This document shows positions 1 through 11,380 of a stretch of 64,000 bases of DNA, piece by piece. The translations under genes were made by a program, and so were the position numbers. The notes below the pieces were generated by a model. That model was not told where the DNA came from. It ran no database searches and saw nothing but the letters and a program-made list of their open reading frames with translations. Positions within the stretch are counted from its first letter, which is position 1, and every line of letters begins with the position of its first letter. This DNA is from Camelus dromedarius (Eukaryota): the NCBI RefSeq assembly GCF_036321535.1, contig NC_087436.1, positions 77,750,001 through 77,814,000 on the forward strand, given 5' to 3'.

Positions 1-290
1 CTCCTTTGGGTCTCAGTTAAAGGTCACCTCCTCAGCCAGGCTTCCGTGACAAGCCCAGTTCCGTTGCCTCCATCCCCTTCTCTCCCTCTAATCCCAGACA
101 CCACTCATTATACTGCTGGGTTCATCATATCTTTTATCTTAATTAATAATTACACAATGTTTACTTGTTTCCATGTATACTATCTCCTCACAAGAAAGGC
201 TCTGTGTCTATTCATTCACTGATTTATACTTAGCATCTAAGACAGTGGCTGGCAGAGCGCAGTGCACGACCGTGGGATGAATGAATGAAT
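1..290 (+). mobile_element. L2 LINE 3' end
   Basis: 'tctcagttaaaggtcacctcctcag' start and terminal (gaat)n tail typical of L2. Confidence 0.7.
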
Positions 291-739
291 TCATCCCCCT
301 TGGAGGCTCAGTCTTGGCCCTTTTTTCACGACACTTGCAGACTAAGTGCTAAGAAGTGGGTTCTGCTATGTTCATAATGGATCGTGATTTGTGTACACCG
401 TTAAGACCACTTCTACAGGAAGAGAGAAGAGCGGACTTTCTGAAACAACCTCTTCCCTCCCCTACAGTTTTCAAAACCATGGAAATGACTTTCATAAACT
501 CAGTTCCTCAGTTATGCAAATCACACATCAAAGTCCAGGAGAAGCACAAACCCTGCTTTAAAAAGAAGTTCTGCTTAAAAGGAGACCCTGCTGCAAAACA
601 AAACCATTCCTGAAGCCCACCACTCTGAAATTCAAAATGGTTAATATGCTCTTTTCCACTGAGGGGGCTCAATTAATGCCACTCTAATGTCTCATTAGAT
701 TAAGGCCATCTAAGTCAAAAGGGTGTGGGACCTTCTTAC

Positions 740-1200
740 CTGGAGTCCTTTCTGACTCTTGCTTTCTCAAAGGAAAATTCAGGTGGTTTGTTGAGGTCAT
801 AGGTTCGGGTGGTTGGCTCAGCGGACACTCCAGCCTTCGCTCCCCTTCGGCTGTGGAGGGAAACCAATCCCGAGGTCTTGCGGTGGACCTCCAGGGGCAC
901 TTTATCTGGAGAGGCCTGACACGGGCTTCCTCCCTGCATGTGCACCACATCCTGAAGCTTGTTCAGCTGGATGCACTTGCTCTGGAGCTCCTCTGTGAGC
1001 TCTGCGATGGCCACAGTCTGCTTGGACAGCTGCTCCCGCAGCTCCTTCAGATGGTACTCCCGTTCCTGGATCTCAGCATCCTTCCTCCTCAGCTCTCTCT
1101 CCAGCTCTGTCACCTTGCTCCGGAGGGCACTGGCAGTGAGGTTCCCAGACTGGCCATCTGGGTTCTTGGAATGTTTGGGTTTCACTGAACCATTTCCCAT
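740..1200 (-). CDS. PRKG2: cGMP-dependent protein kinase II, first coding exon (codons 1-153 plus 2 nt; partial gene, continues left of the window)
   Basis: Translation MGNGSVKPKH...ELERELRRKDAEIQERE...RRGAKAGVSAEPTTRTYDLNKPPEFSFEKARVRKDS matches the PKG II N-terminus as recalled: Gly2 myristoylation site, leucine zipper, autoinhibitory segment with S110/S114/S126. Acceptor ctttcag|GTC with exon start 1213, Kozak AAAATGG, donor CAG|gtaaga at 740/739. The 461 coding nt give phase 2. Confidence 0.97.
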
Positions 1201-1213
1201 TTTGCTCAAGGAC
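1201..1213 (-). other. PRKG2: 5' UTR part of the first coding exon of PRKG2 (13 nt after the splice acceptor)
   Basis: Minus strand reads tgccctctttcag|gtccttgagcaaaATG: pyrimidine tract plus CAG directly upstream of the start codon. Confidence 0.85.
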
Positions 1214-1954
1214 CTGAAAGAGGGCACAGAATTGTGAATTATGTCATGGAGCTGCACTTCCCAATGGCCCCTACCGCTCGTCTCATGCCACTCTGTTTCA
1301 TAAATAGAAACACAGGAGGCACCGCTGTTCAATAAGCAATACATTCCCCACACTTCCAGAAGGAAAGCTATGGGATGGATTTCCTTTGTCCCTCTGTGAG
1401 GACAAGTTGGCACTTGGTTTCATTCTTCCCTGTCCCTTTGCTGGCACAAACATCACACCTAAGTATTTTGCACAAACGGCCTGCATTACCTGCTGTTCTG
1501 TTTGGTTATTCTCTCTGGACAGCTGTCAAAAGCATCACAACAAAACTGCGATGCGGATGTCAGCATGGCAAAGATAAAACGCCAACGAGCAGCTACGGCA
1601 TCGGAGGCTTGTTAATGTCACAACTCTCACAGCTCCCTGTGCGGCTACACTAAGAAACCGCCCCTGATTTAGAAAATAACACATCTACGTTCCTCAGGAG
1701 GAAGAGGCAGAGTTGGTGTTGCTTGATTAGTACGTTTCTCCTGCCCTACGAGCCTATTACATTTGGCTTTTCTGACAATGCTCACTTCTGGATGGCAGTT
1801 ATTAGAAGGTATAATAGAGGTATGGGGATTCTTCTACACTCTTTACTTCATATCCTAAAGCCAAGACTGTCCAAAAAATAACAACCTAGGGGGCAAGCCT
1901 CGATTATTTTCCCATAAAGAAAATCCTCAGTAGACATTCCAAAGTAGTTACTAA

Positions 1955-2222
1955 TCCAGTGAGTCTCAGGATGTGATGTCCAGATCAGGGAGTATGAGGC
2001 ATCATTTCAGTAGATTCAGAAACATTTCTTAGTTCAATAGTTATGTATTTCAACATTCGTTAGAAATATAAAAAATTGGCATCACAAAATTTTGAGGCTC
2101 AGTTAGGTATTTAAGTTTACTGAGTCAATTCAGTGAAAATAAAAAAATAATCTGCAGATAATAAGCACATATGAGCAAAATCAAAAAGAAGAACTTGAAT
2201 GGGTGAAGTTTGGAAAATACTG
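1955..2222. mobile_element. Degenerate hAT-Charlie-like DNA transposon remnant
   Basis: Termini cagtgagtctcag ... agtttggaaaatactg resemble Charlie/MER5-type terminal inverted repeats. Confidence 0.35.
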
Positions 2223-3811
2223 CTTTGATTATTATCAAGTTTAAGACTTTTTAGGCTAGCTATTTAAATTTCATACCTTTGCATATGCAATTTTTGAGAG
2301 CCATAACCCAAGAAACTTGTAAACTAAGTTTGAATTATCACTCGTTCTCTAATATCTGAAGACATGGATGAAACTTTGAAGTTATAAATCCCACAAATCC
2401 TTGCTCCTCTCTCTCTCCAAATTTAAAACTCAGAGAGACATGAAATGCTCAGACTGATCTCACTAGCTCTACCGGAATCATCACCGTGACCTCTACAACA
2501 AAGACAAAGACACAAAACAGCCTCTAAGTATCAAATGGATGCAACCAAATAGCCAATCCAGGTCGCCTAAGATGGATGGTACAAACAGAAAATAAATGTA
2601 CTTATAAAAGTAATCTCGCAATACCCAGACATTCTTCATAGAATGCAGGTTCAAAGTAGTCATTAATAAACATTAGCCTCCAGAGAATCGCCTTAATATG
2701 TCACAGAGATGTGGCAGGTTTAACCTGTAAGTTTTTGTTGCCTTGGCACCATTTATTACTCTTATATATTAGGAATATATAAAAAGGTTAAGGAGAAGAA
2801 ATTCAAAGAAGTGGCCCTGGACACCCTGGTAACCTGATCAAGCTATTCAGAAGACATTCGATTGGGAACTGAGAATAAACTTCAATGAGATTCTGAACGA
2901 CAGGCAAGAGAAGGGTACCCCCAAAGGTATCTTCAATTAATGTGTGCACAAGTTTCTAACATGCAGCACTGAGACATCTTGTAGACGCACTTTTTTAGTT
3001 CATGGACAAGCATTCCTAAGCCAAGGCAAGATAAGGGAGAGGAATGGGCATAGGAAAAGAAATTGCCTTATAAAGAACAAAAGTAAGCACAAAAACTTTA
3101 AAATCTAATATTAAACTAACAACTTAATCTTTATTCATAGAGCAATTGCTTACAAAGACCTAACTAAATGCTGTGTACTATGTCAAGGGCATAAATCCAT
3201 GAATTTGCAGTCAAATTTGACACAGAAAATCATTCTAGCAATCTAAATATGAAAAGGCTTAGAATCATTTTTGCTCTATATATGGTAGTCAAAACATTCT
3301 GTACCAACCCAATAATTTTACAAACCTGAAACACAATAAGGTAGAAGATGTTAAATTCTCCCCAAACACCAACTCTTCTCTGGTTTTAGTGAAGTCCGTT
3401 TGGAAGCTGTATAAATCTCTTGAGCTATTTAGAATTCCAAAGAGGGGTGAAATGAGAGTAACTAACTCATCTTTCAAGTCACTAATTTAAGATATGTAAG
3501 TAAATCACTGAATGGCTCAATACCAAGTCTGATTTCTTAGTTAGTTTAACCATTTCAATTTTGGTGTCCCTCAAGCCAAGGTTTCAAGTGTCTGGCTTCA
3601 TAAAACCTAATTGGATTCACTTTGTTTCCTGTTTGTATCAGTCACTAAGATGGACAAGCTATTTCTCAAATATGTATTGCTAGTCACAAGCAGAAGCAAA
3701 CCACAGGGTGTTGCTCTATCAACCTAGCAACTATAGGTTATTAGAATCATTCTTATAATCAAAGGACATGTATGGTAATAAGAAATGAGCTTGGTGATAA
3801 GATCAGGATTT

Positions 3812-4208
3812 TTTTCATATAATTGACATACAGCACTGTGTAAGTTTAAGGTGGACAGCATAATGATGTGACTTACATACATCATGAAACGATGACCACG
3901 AGAAGTTTAGTGAACATTTATCCATCATCTTGTCGTGATACACAATTAAAGAAATAGAAAAAATTTTTCCTTGTGATGAGAAATCTTAGGATTTTCACTA
4001 TTAACAGCTTTCATAAATAACATACAGCAGTGTTCATTTTATTTACCATGTTGTACACTATATGTCTACTATTTATTTATCTTATAACTGGATGTTTGTA
4101 CTTTTTGCCTGCCTACATCCAATTCCCACCCCCTCTGCCTGATAACCTCAAATCTGATTTCTTTTTCAGTGAGTTTGCTTGTTTGTTTGTTTTTGAAGTA
4201 AAATGAAA
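3812..4208 (-). mobile_element. Older L1 3' UTR fragment with a long flanking direct repeat
   Basis: T-rich start followed by L1 3'-UTR-like sequence; flanked by a ~36-bp imperfect repeat at 3776-3811 and 4209-4228 plus 4423-4439. Confidence 0.75.
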
Positions 4209-4228
4209 TAATAAGAAATGAGCATGGA

Positions 4229-4406
4229 AATGAGTTTCTTCTGTACAGCACAGGTAAATTCAATGGCTTGTAGTAACCCATAAAGAAAAAGAACATGAAA
4301 AGGAATACATATATGTATATGTATGACTGAAACTTTACACTGTACGCCAGAAATTGACAGAAGATTGTAAACTGACTGTACTTCAATTGAAACGGGGGAA
4401 AAAAAA
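4229..4406 (+). mobile_element. Short 5'-truncated L1 3' tail with perfect 16-bp TSD
   Basis: ctgtacagcacagg...gtaaactgactgtacttcaatt followed by an A tail. TSD aagaaatgagcatgga at 4213-4228 and 4407-4422. Confidence 0.88.
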
Positions 4407-4499
4407 AAGAAATGAGCATGGAGACAAAGATCAGGATTTAACATAAGCAATGGAGTCCAGCCAGGCAGGGTAGGAAAACAATCTCCCCCTTCCCAGCTG

Positions 4500-4640
4500 C
4501 ATAATCCTCTATAAATTACTTAGAATCTGAGGTTTTCAAATCTAGAAAGTGGATATAATTATATCCATCATAGAGATTTATCATCAAGAGCGTGTTTGTA
4601 AGGCATTCTGTGCACTGTCTGGCATGTAGTAGGCACCAAG
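4500..4640 (+). mobile_element. MIR SINE fragment
   Basis: Degenerate MIR core and 3' end '...gtaaggcattctgtgcactgtctggcatgtagtaggcac'. Confidence 0.55.
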
Positions 4641-5389
4641 TACCTTACAGTACGGGACTGGTGGCTTGGTGTGAGGAAAAGCCCAGAGGGCGTCATTACT
4701 GAGTGGAGAAGTCTAGTAGCAAGAGGTTCTTAAAGAGAAAAATTATTGTGAGGGGAGGGGGTGTCCTTACTCTGAATTACAGCTTTCTTTAAGAGACGAA
4801 AAAGCCATTCTGGAACAAACAACCTGGAAAACCCTCCCAGTTAAGGGAAGCCCTGCCAAAAGATGGAGACCAGAAGGCGTCATGAACACCCCACCCTCGG
4901 ATCCAGGACTGCACAGACTCCTCGTCTGTAATTCCCTCATGTAGCCTCTATTTACACATATTTCACTGACACCCTTAAGCCAAAAAGGCCCACTTAATTT
5001 TCTTTGAAGGCAACAAAAAAATCATGGTTCACTGTGAAGAAGGTATTCTGCAACTAGGGTCAGGGGCAAGGAATATGATGAGTAGTGGCATTTAGCAAAA
5101 GAGATCAATACTATATAAAATTATAAATTATTATCACATTAATTTAATCAAGATTTAAGAATTGTCATTTACAAGAGGTAACTAGAAAAGACACAGGAAA
5201 TGCAAAGCTGACTTGCAGGCCAATTAACGCCTGACAGCCGGTGTGGGAGGAATCCAGCTTTGTTGTCTGTTTTTCCTCTAGCCCTAAAGTAGTTTGAAAC
5301 CAGAATCTTGGCTCTGATCAAGACAGTATCTATTTTTCTCTCTACCCATCTGGATTCTGATATATATATATATATCTGTAAATACAGGA

Positions 5390-5645
5390 GACAGTATAGT
5401 GCTGGCTAAGGTAGAGAGCCAGCGTCCCAATCCAAGTACCTTCACTTAGTATTTCTATGCCCTTGGCCACGATATTAAGTGTGAGCATGAATAATAGAAA
5501 AAGTAGACACACAGATTGACAGAGAAACAAAATAATGTTGCATGTCATTTAAAGTTGTTAGAGAGTTCAATGAGATAAACCATGATAAGAACTTAGCACC
5601 GCACCTGACATGTAGTATGTGTTTAATAAATATTAAATATTACTA
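5390..5645 (+). mobile_element. MIR SINE
   Basis: 3' end 'aatgagataaac...acttagcaccgcacctgacatgtagtatgtgtttaataaa' followed by an (att)n tail. Confidence 0.65.
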
Positions 5646-5739
5646 TTATTATTATTAAAATTATTTACCTAATGAAATAACTCATTCTAGTAGAATAACT
5701 TACTGATCAAAAAAATCTGCCCTAAGCCAGCAGGGTGTT

Positions 5740-7158
5740 GCAGGAGAACAAAGTTAGAGTGCTGATACTACCAGACTTCAATACTTACTATACAGCTGCA
5801 ATAATTAAGACAGTTTGGTGTTGGTGAAAAAATAGACAACTAACTTAATGGTATAGCACAGAGAACCCAGAAATAGACCCACAAAAATTTAGTCAACTGA
5901 TCTATGACAAAGGAGCAAAGATTAAATCAATGGGGAAAGATAATCTTTTCAACAAATTGTATTGGAGCAACTGGAAATCCATATGCCAAAAAAAAAAAAA
6001 ATCTAGACACAGAACTTACATCTTTCACAAAAATTAGATCAGAACAGATCAAAGACCTAAGTGTAAAACACAAACTATAGGACTGCTAGTAGACAATACT
6101 GGAAAAAAAATCTAAGTGATCTTGAGTTTGATGATAACTTTTTAGATAAAACACCAAAAGCACAATCCATGAAGGGAAAAATTGATAAGCTGGACTTCAT
6201 TAAATAAAAACTTTTGCTCTGCAAAAGACACTGTTAAGAAAATAAAACAACAAGCCACAGACTGAGAGAAAGAATTTGCAAAACACCTATCTCATAAAGG
6301 ACTATTATCCAAAATATATAAGAAACTCTTAACATTCAACAATAAGAAAATGAACAACCCAGCTGAAAAAGATCTAAACAGACACCTCACCAAAGAAGAT
6401 ACACACATGGCATACAAAGATATGAAAAATTCTCAATATTAAACGTCTTTAGAGACTCTCAAATTAAAACAGCAATGAGATACCATGCTCCTCAGTATTT
6501 ATCCAACTGATAAGAAAATATTTGTCCAACACCAAAACCTGAATGTGGATGTTTACAAAAGTTTTATTCATAATTGCCAAAACTTGGAAGCAGCCAAGAT
6601 GTCTTTCAATAGACAAATGGCTAAACAAACTGTGGTACATCCAGACAATGGAATATTATTCAGTGATGAAAAGCAATGACTATCAAGCCCCGAAAAAACA
6701 TGGAGGAACTTTAAATGCATACTGTTAAGTGAAGGAAGACAATCTGAAAAGCTTACATACTGTATGATTCCATTTATGTGACATTCTGGAAAAGACAAAA
6801 CTGGAGACATAAGATCAGTAGTTTCCAGGAGACTGGGGAGAGTGAGGAAAAAATGAATAGGTGGAGTACAGAGGAATTTCAGGGCAGTGAAGTTATTCTA
6901 TGTGATACTGCTATGGTGGATATATGTCATTATATATTTGTCCAGAACTGAGCAACAAAAAGAGCAATCTCTAATGGTTTCAGTTAATTTTTCAACATTG
7001 GCTCCTCAGCTGTAACAAATGTACCACACTGATGCAAGATGCTGAGAACAGGGGAGGGGAGGGGAGACTAGGGAAACTCTCCGTACTTTTCATCCAATTT
7101 TTCTGTAAACCTAAAACTACTCTAAAAAAGAAAGTCTATTAAAACAAACAAACAAACA
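5740..7158 (+). mobile_element. Old L1 (L1MC/L1MB-like): ORF2 3' part with internal deletion, plus 3' UTR
   Basis: Degenerate ORF2 C-terminal peptide (LFIIAKTWKQPRCLSIDKWLNKLWYIQTMEYYS in ORF 6543..6728); jump in the L1 alignment at ~6485; (aaac)n tail. Confidence 0.88.
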
Positions 7159-7159
7159 A

Positions 7160-7480
7160 GTATGTACCAAGAGTGAGTACAAGAAAGTTGATAGCATATT
7201 CAGGGAACAGGCTGAAATGCATGATGGGTAAAGGAGAGTGATGAAAAATGAAGCTGAAAAAGTACAATACTGGAAAAAAGATACTGAAAAACTTCATATG
7301 CCATTTATGGTGTCTAAATTTAGTGTAGGTCAAGTTTTTTTCAAGTCACATGGTCAGATTTGTCCTTTAGAAAAATAATTAATTGTTTTGTAATAAATAT
7401 GCAATGGAGTGAAAAAAGCTTCGAGGAAGAAAGACAAAGTAAGAGGCTATCACACCAATCCAAGTTAAGAGGGGATGAGG
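7160..7480 (-). mobile_element. L2 fragment
   Basis: Purine-rich antisense L2 motifs, e.g. 'ggtcagatttgtcctttagaaaaat' and 'aagaggctatcacaccaatccaag'. Confidence 0.5.
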
Positions 7481-8199
7481 ACAAGGTAAAGGTGAGAAAG
7501 AGTCCCAACCCTATTCTAACGGTGAACTCAAGAAAAAATGGACCATCTCCATGGTGGCCAGAAGAGAAAAACATTATCATAGGGGATTTGATAAAAGCCA
7601 TGGCTATAAGCAACTCCGCAATTTCCTTCCCTTCAATAAATCATGAAAAGTAGGACAGATTCTTTTTCATAATATGGGCAAGTAAGCCCAAAGTCAAATG
7701 AATTACAGAGGCTTCTAGAGACAGTTTTCTAAGTTGACATGAAACTGATGCATCTCAAACTTGAACTCTTAACTTTGCCTCACCAAATTTCTTTCAAAAA
7801 ATAATTAACCATCACTGAGTATATAAATCCCTGCTGCTCCTCCCTGAAGCAACCACAAAGAGTTGTCCTTATGAGAAACAACTCAGTTTCACGTAGATGC
7901 CACAATTAAAAGCTTCTGTCCATCTGACCCTGTGACTGTTGACCTGGGGCTCCATTTTGAATCTACTGCTTGTTTTCTCTGACCACAGCATCTTAATTTG
8001 GGGAGTAATTTTCCCTCATGAAGCAGTCATATGAGCTTTTTATTGTACCAAAATTTCAGCTACTCCTGAGGCTGACTGTCTTTTTGAAGTGCCCCACAGA
8101 AATATTTACAGCAAGTTTTATAAATGCTACATATTCCATATTTTCACTGCCAAACATACTGGCATTCCATTCAGCTTCTTTTGGGTGCTATGGTAGCAG

Positions 8200-9300
8200 A
8201 TAAGCAGGTAAACACAAGGAAATGTAATTTTATAGGTGTAGGTCTGGAGATTGTAGCTGATGGAATTTGAGTAATCTTAAGAAAAAGAATAAAGATTTGG
8301 AATTTTCCATTATGGCAACTGGGTAAGAGATGATGTCATTAACCAAAACAAGGAGTAGATTTGAGGGATATGACAGTGAGTTTAACTTTGGACAGTTTGA
8401 GGAAGCTGTGGAACCATTAAAGCCAAGAAGTTCAGTAGGCAGTAAGAAACAAGGGACGAGAAAATCAAAGGGGAGAAGCTGAAAATACTTAGCAATCGTC
8501 GATACAAAAGTAAAAGGTAAAGCTGAAGAAGTAGATAAAAGTGCCCAGGAGATTGGCAATAGGGGAAGAAGAGTGTTTAGATCCATGTGAAGTTTGAGAG
8601 AAAAACTAGAGAGATGGTAAGAAGAAGCTATTGTGTTTGTCAGAGAGAGGATGTGGAAGGATTAAAAGTAAAAGGCAAGAATGGTGGGAGGAATACTGCA
8701 GGGGCAGAATCTCCAAATGTGGTAATTAAATGGGCGCGCATAAGAGGAGAGTCAAAAAAGGTTCCAATGTTTTGATCTTGGCAGGCTTAGAGGACGGCAG
8801 TACTATGAACTCATTCATTCATTAAAAATGAATAGAGCACCATCTATGGGCTAGGCACTGTGACACTGACCACAGTCAAGAGAAAAAGCATGCTTTATGG
8901 AGAAAGTATTGAGTCTGGATTTGTATCTGTTGAGTTTGAGGTGCCCGTGGTCATCAAAGTGGAAATCTCTAGCAGACGGTAGCAAAGAAGGTCAAGGCAA
9001 GTGGTAAGAACTGAAGTCCCACTAGTAGATGCGATCACTAAGGGAGAAAAGTAAGGAATGCCTCTATTGTTATGTGTGTACATTTAGATGGTACCTGTGG
9101 ATATAACCTATAGGAGAAGACGGGGAGGAGCTGCCAATAACAAAGATGGAGAAGGAACAGTCGTACAGTAAGAGATCCAAGAGAAGTATCATAGAAGCCG
9201 TGAAGATGAGATTTTCAGGAGGTGAGCAGGCTGCAGCTCATCCCACAGGCATATCAAAGTAAATCAGATCAGAGGGGAAAATACTGAATTTAGCCTTTCA
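8200..9300 (-). mobile_element. L2 fragments (several pieces)
   Basis: Motifs such as 'tttggacagtttgagg' and 'tgttgagtttgaggtgcccgtgg...caaagtggaaatctctagcagac'. Confidence 0.6.
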
Positions 9301-10669
9301 CATAAGAATTGGGTTAGAAACCGGATTACAAAGGACCCTGGGAAGAGCAGACACTAATAGTACTTCAAAATGGTACCATGGTTCATGCGATGGGTTTTCA
9401 GAATAGCAAAAACATGAGAGTATTTGTAAGCCCAGAATAATGAACCAGTGAATACTGAGAAAATGAAAACACAGAAAAAGGGGATAATTGTTAGGATAAT
9501 AGCTTAGAGGAAGCAAGAAAATATGGGCTCAAACGGCTTGGGCAGGTTCCAGGCAACATATGCCTTCGCTGTGAAGGGAATTAGCCTCATCTGTAAGGAT
9601 TTCAGAGGACTGGAGCGAAGCATTTCAGGTAAAAGAGAAAGATCTCTGTGTACCATATTTTTATGTCATTTATTCTTAGTCACACAGCGTTCCAATGGTG
9701 AAGATGGCCTCTAACTCACCAAAGAGAATTCTCCACCATATGAGACTACCTACCCTCCTGTGTAAAACTAAACTGTAGTACCGGCGACAGCTACTGTTAT
9801 GTGGGACGATCGCCTCCTCCCAGAGTTAAACAGAAACTTCCAAAGAAAAGAGACAGTAATTTCTAAGGAACTAGGCGGGGGGAGGGGGGGTACGGGGGGA
9901 CGAGGAGGCAGGCAGGTGTGTGCTGCTCTCTTCCTTTATAAAGAAGCTCCTGGACACTTTGGCAACGAGATGAAGATCAGCGCGTCAACCTTTCTCCCTG
10001 TCCATTCTGCGTGCGTTGTTTCTTCGTATTCTGAGCCATGGTCTCACCTGCTGTGCCTCTGCACCCTAGTTCTTCTCAAACTTGAACCCCTTGCTTTTTC
10101 TCTCATCCCCAAAGTGACTGATTTCGTCTTTGTCTGTTTGCTCTTGTTTCTTCACCGCCGGGAAAAAAGAGAGTAAGAAATGGGAAAGCGCCTCACGGTG
10201 CCTAGAGTGACACAGGACACCCACACAAGTTTACAAGGACTCGTGAAGTCCTCGCCCGAGACCTCGTCTCCTAACAGCTCCCCGGAGCTCGGCGAAGCGG
10301 AGCCGGGAGCGCACGCCCCGACAGGACCGCCAAGCCCTCAGCCCAGGGCAGCAGCCTCCCCGGCCGCCCGGGGTAAAGGAGTGAGAACCTAACGACTCCC
10401 CGCGGGAGCTAAGCTCGCCCCTCCCGCCCCCAGCTGAGCTTCTGGAAATCCAGTAGCTTTCCCCTGCCCCCAGGAGCTCACGGAAGGCGGCCACCCCGAG
10501 CGAAGGCACCGCGTGCACGCGTTCACACGCCAGGAGCACAGGCAGGAGAGCTGCTGGGTGTGGAACCGATGCGCACCGCGCGCACCGCACACCCAGCCGG
10601 CACCCGCGCGCAGCCTGGCCCCGGCCCCTCGGCGCCCCTCGGACGGGGCCCCACGCACTCGAGCCTCAC

Positions 10670-11140
10670 CAGACAGCCGGGTAACTTTCCAGGTGCGCAG
10701 CTCGTCTCCTGGGCGCCGCCGCCCCTGCGTCTCCGCGTCCGCTCACTCGCCGCCCTCCCTGCCCAGCCTCCGGCGGCGCCCCAGCGGGGCGCGGGTCAGC
10801 TCAGCCAACCCGGGCCGGGCGCGGGGCGCGCAGCGCGGGCCCGGGGCTGCCAGCGCCGCCGCTCGCGCTACGTGGGAGCCGGGGGCGCGGGCGAGCGCGC
10901 TGGGCGCAGGAGCTGCGGCGGCTCGGGTGCTGCCGCCTGGCTTCTCCGCGGGGGCCGGTGCAGAGGAGACGCGCCGGGAGGGAGGGAGGGAGGGAAGGAG
11001 GGAGGAGAGGAGGGGAGGAAAAGGAGGGGGGCAGGGGTCAGCCGGGGCGATGGCGTGGAAGAGCAGGGAGCCGACTTCCCTGAAGGTGGGGTCACCCGCG
11101 CGCGCACCCACACCGCCCCAACCTTTACTCCCGAGACAAG
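10670..11140 (-). other. PRKG2: Putative non-coding exon 1 of PRKG2 (3' end at donor 10670; 5' end uncertain)
   Basis: Minus-strand donor CTG|gtgagg at 10670/10669. No minus-strand ATG seen in 10670-11140. The 5' end is inferred only from the TATA box ~30 nt upstream. Confidence 0.55.
10976..11047 (+). repeat. (GGGA)n / GA-rich purine tract, G-quadruplex-capable
   Basis: gggagggagggagggagggaaggagggagg... with at least four G3 runs separated by 1-nt loops. Confidence 0.85.
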
Positions 11141-11349
11141 CTAGCGGCGACAGCCGCAGTGTGCGCTTTATACCCCATCCCCTCCGGAGTGAGACAACTT
11201 AAGTAGGGAGATAACATCGTGGTTGTAAGCAATTTTTTTTTTCATGTTATTATTTCTATTTCAAGTGTGTGGGACGAGGCGAGAGGAAAGTTCAGGGAGG
11301 TGTTCATCTTTTCCTTCCCCTCCCTCTTCCCCCCTCCATCTCCACCCTC

Positions 11350-11380
11350 CTACCTCCACCCCACCCCCACCCCCACCCCA
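11350..11380 (+). repeat. (CCACCC)n simple repeat
   Basis: ccaccccacccccacccccacccc read directly. Confidence 0.8.

Larger units (their letters stand above)
10230..11175. promoter_or_regulatory. PRKG2: CpG island, probable PRKG2 promoter
   Basis: Only strongly GC- and CpG-rich block in the window, ~9.5 kb upstream of the coding exon. GC boxes present; minus-strand TATAAA at 11167-11172. Confidence 0.88.

Noticed and set aside
813..1237. Plus-strand ORFs antisense to the PRKG2 exon
   Set aside because: Shadow ORFs of a coding exon with no independent support.
10180..11202. Several long overlapping ORFs (up to 229 aa) on both strands in the CpG island
   Set aside because: Low-complexity Arg/Ala/Pro/Gly translations expected from stop-codon scarcity in GC-rich DNA; most start at non-ATG codons and none resembles a known family.
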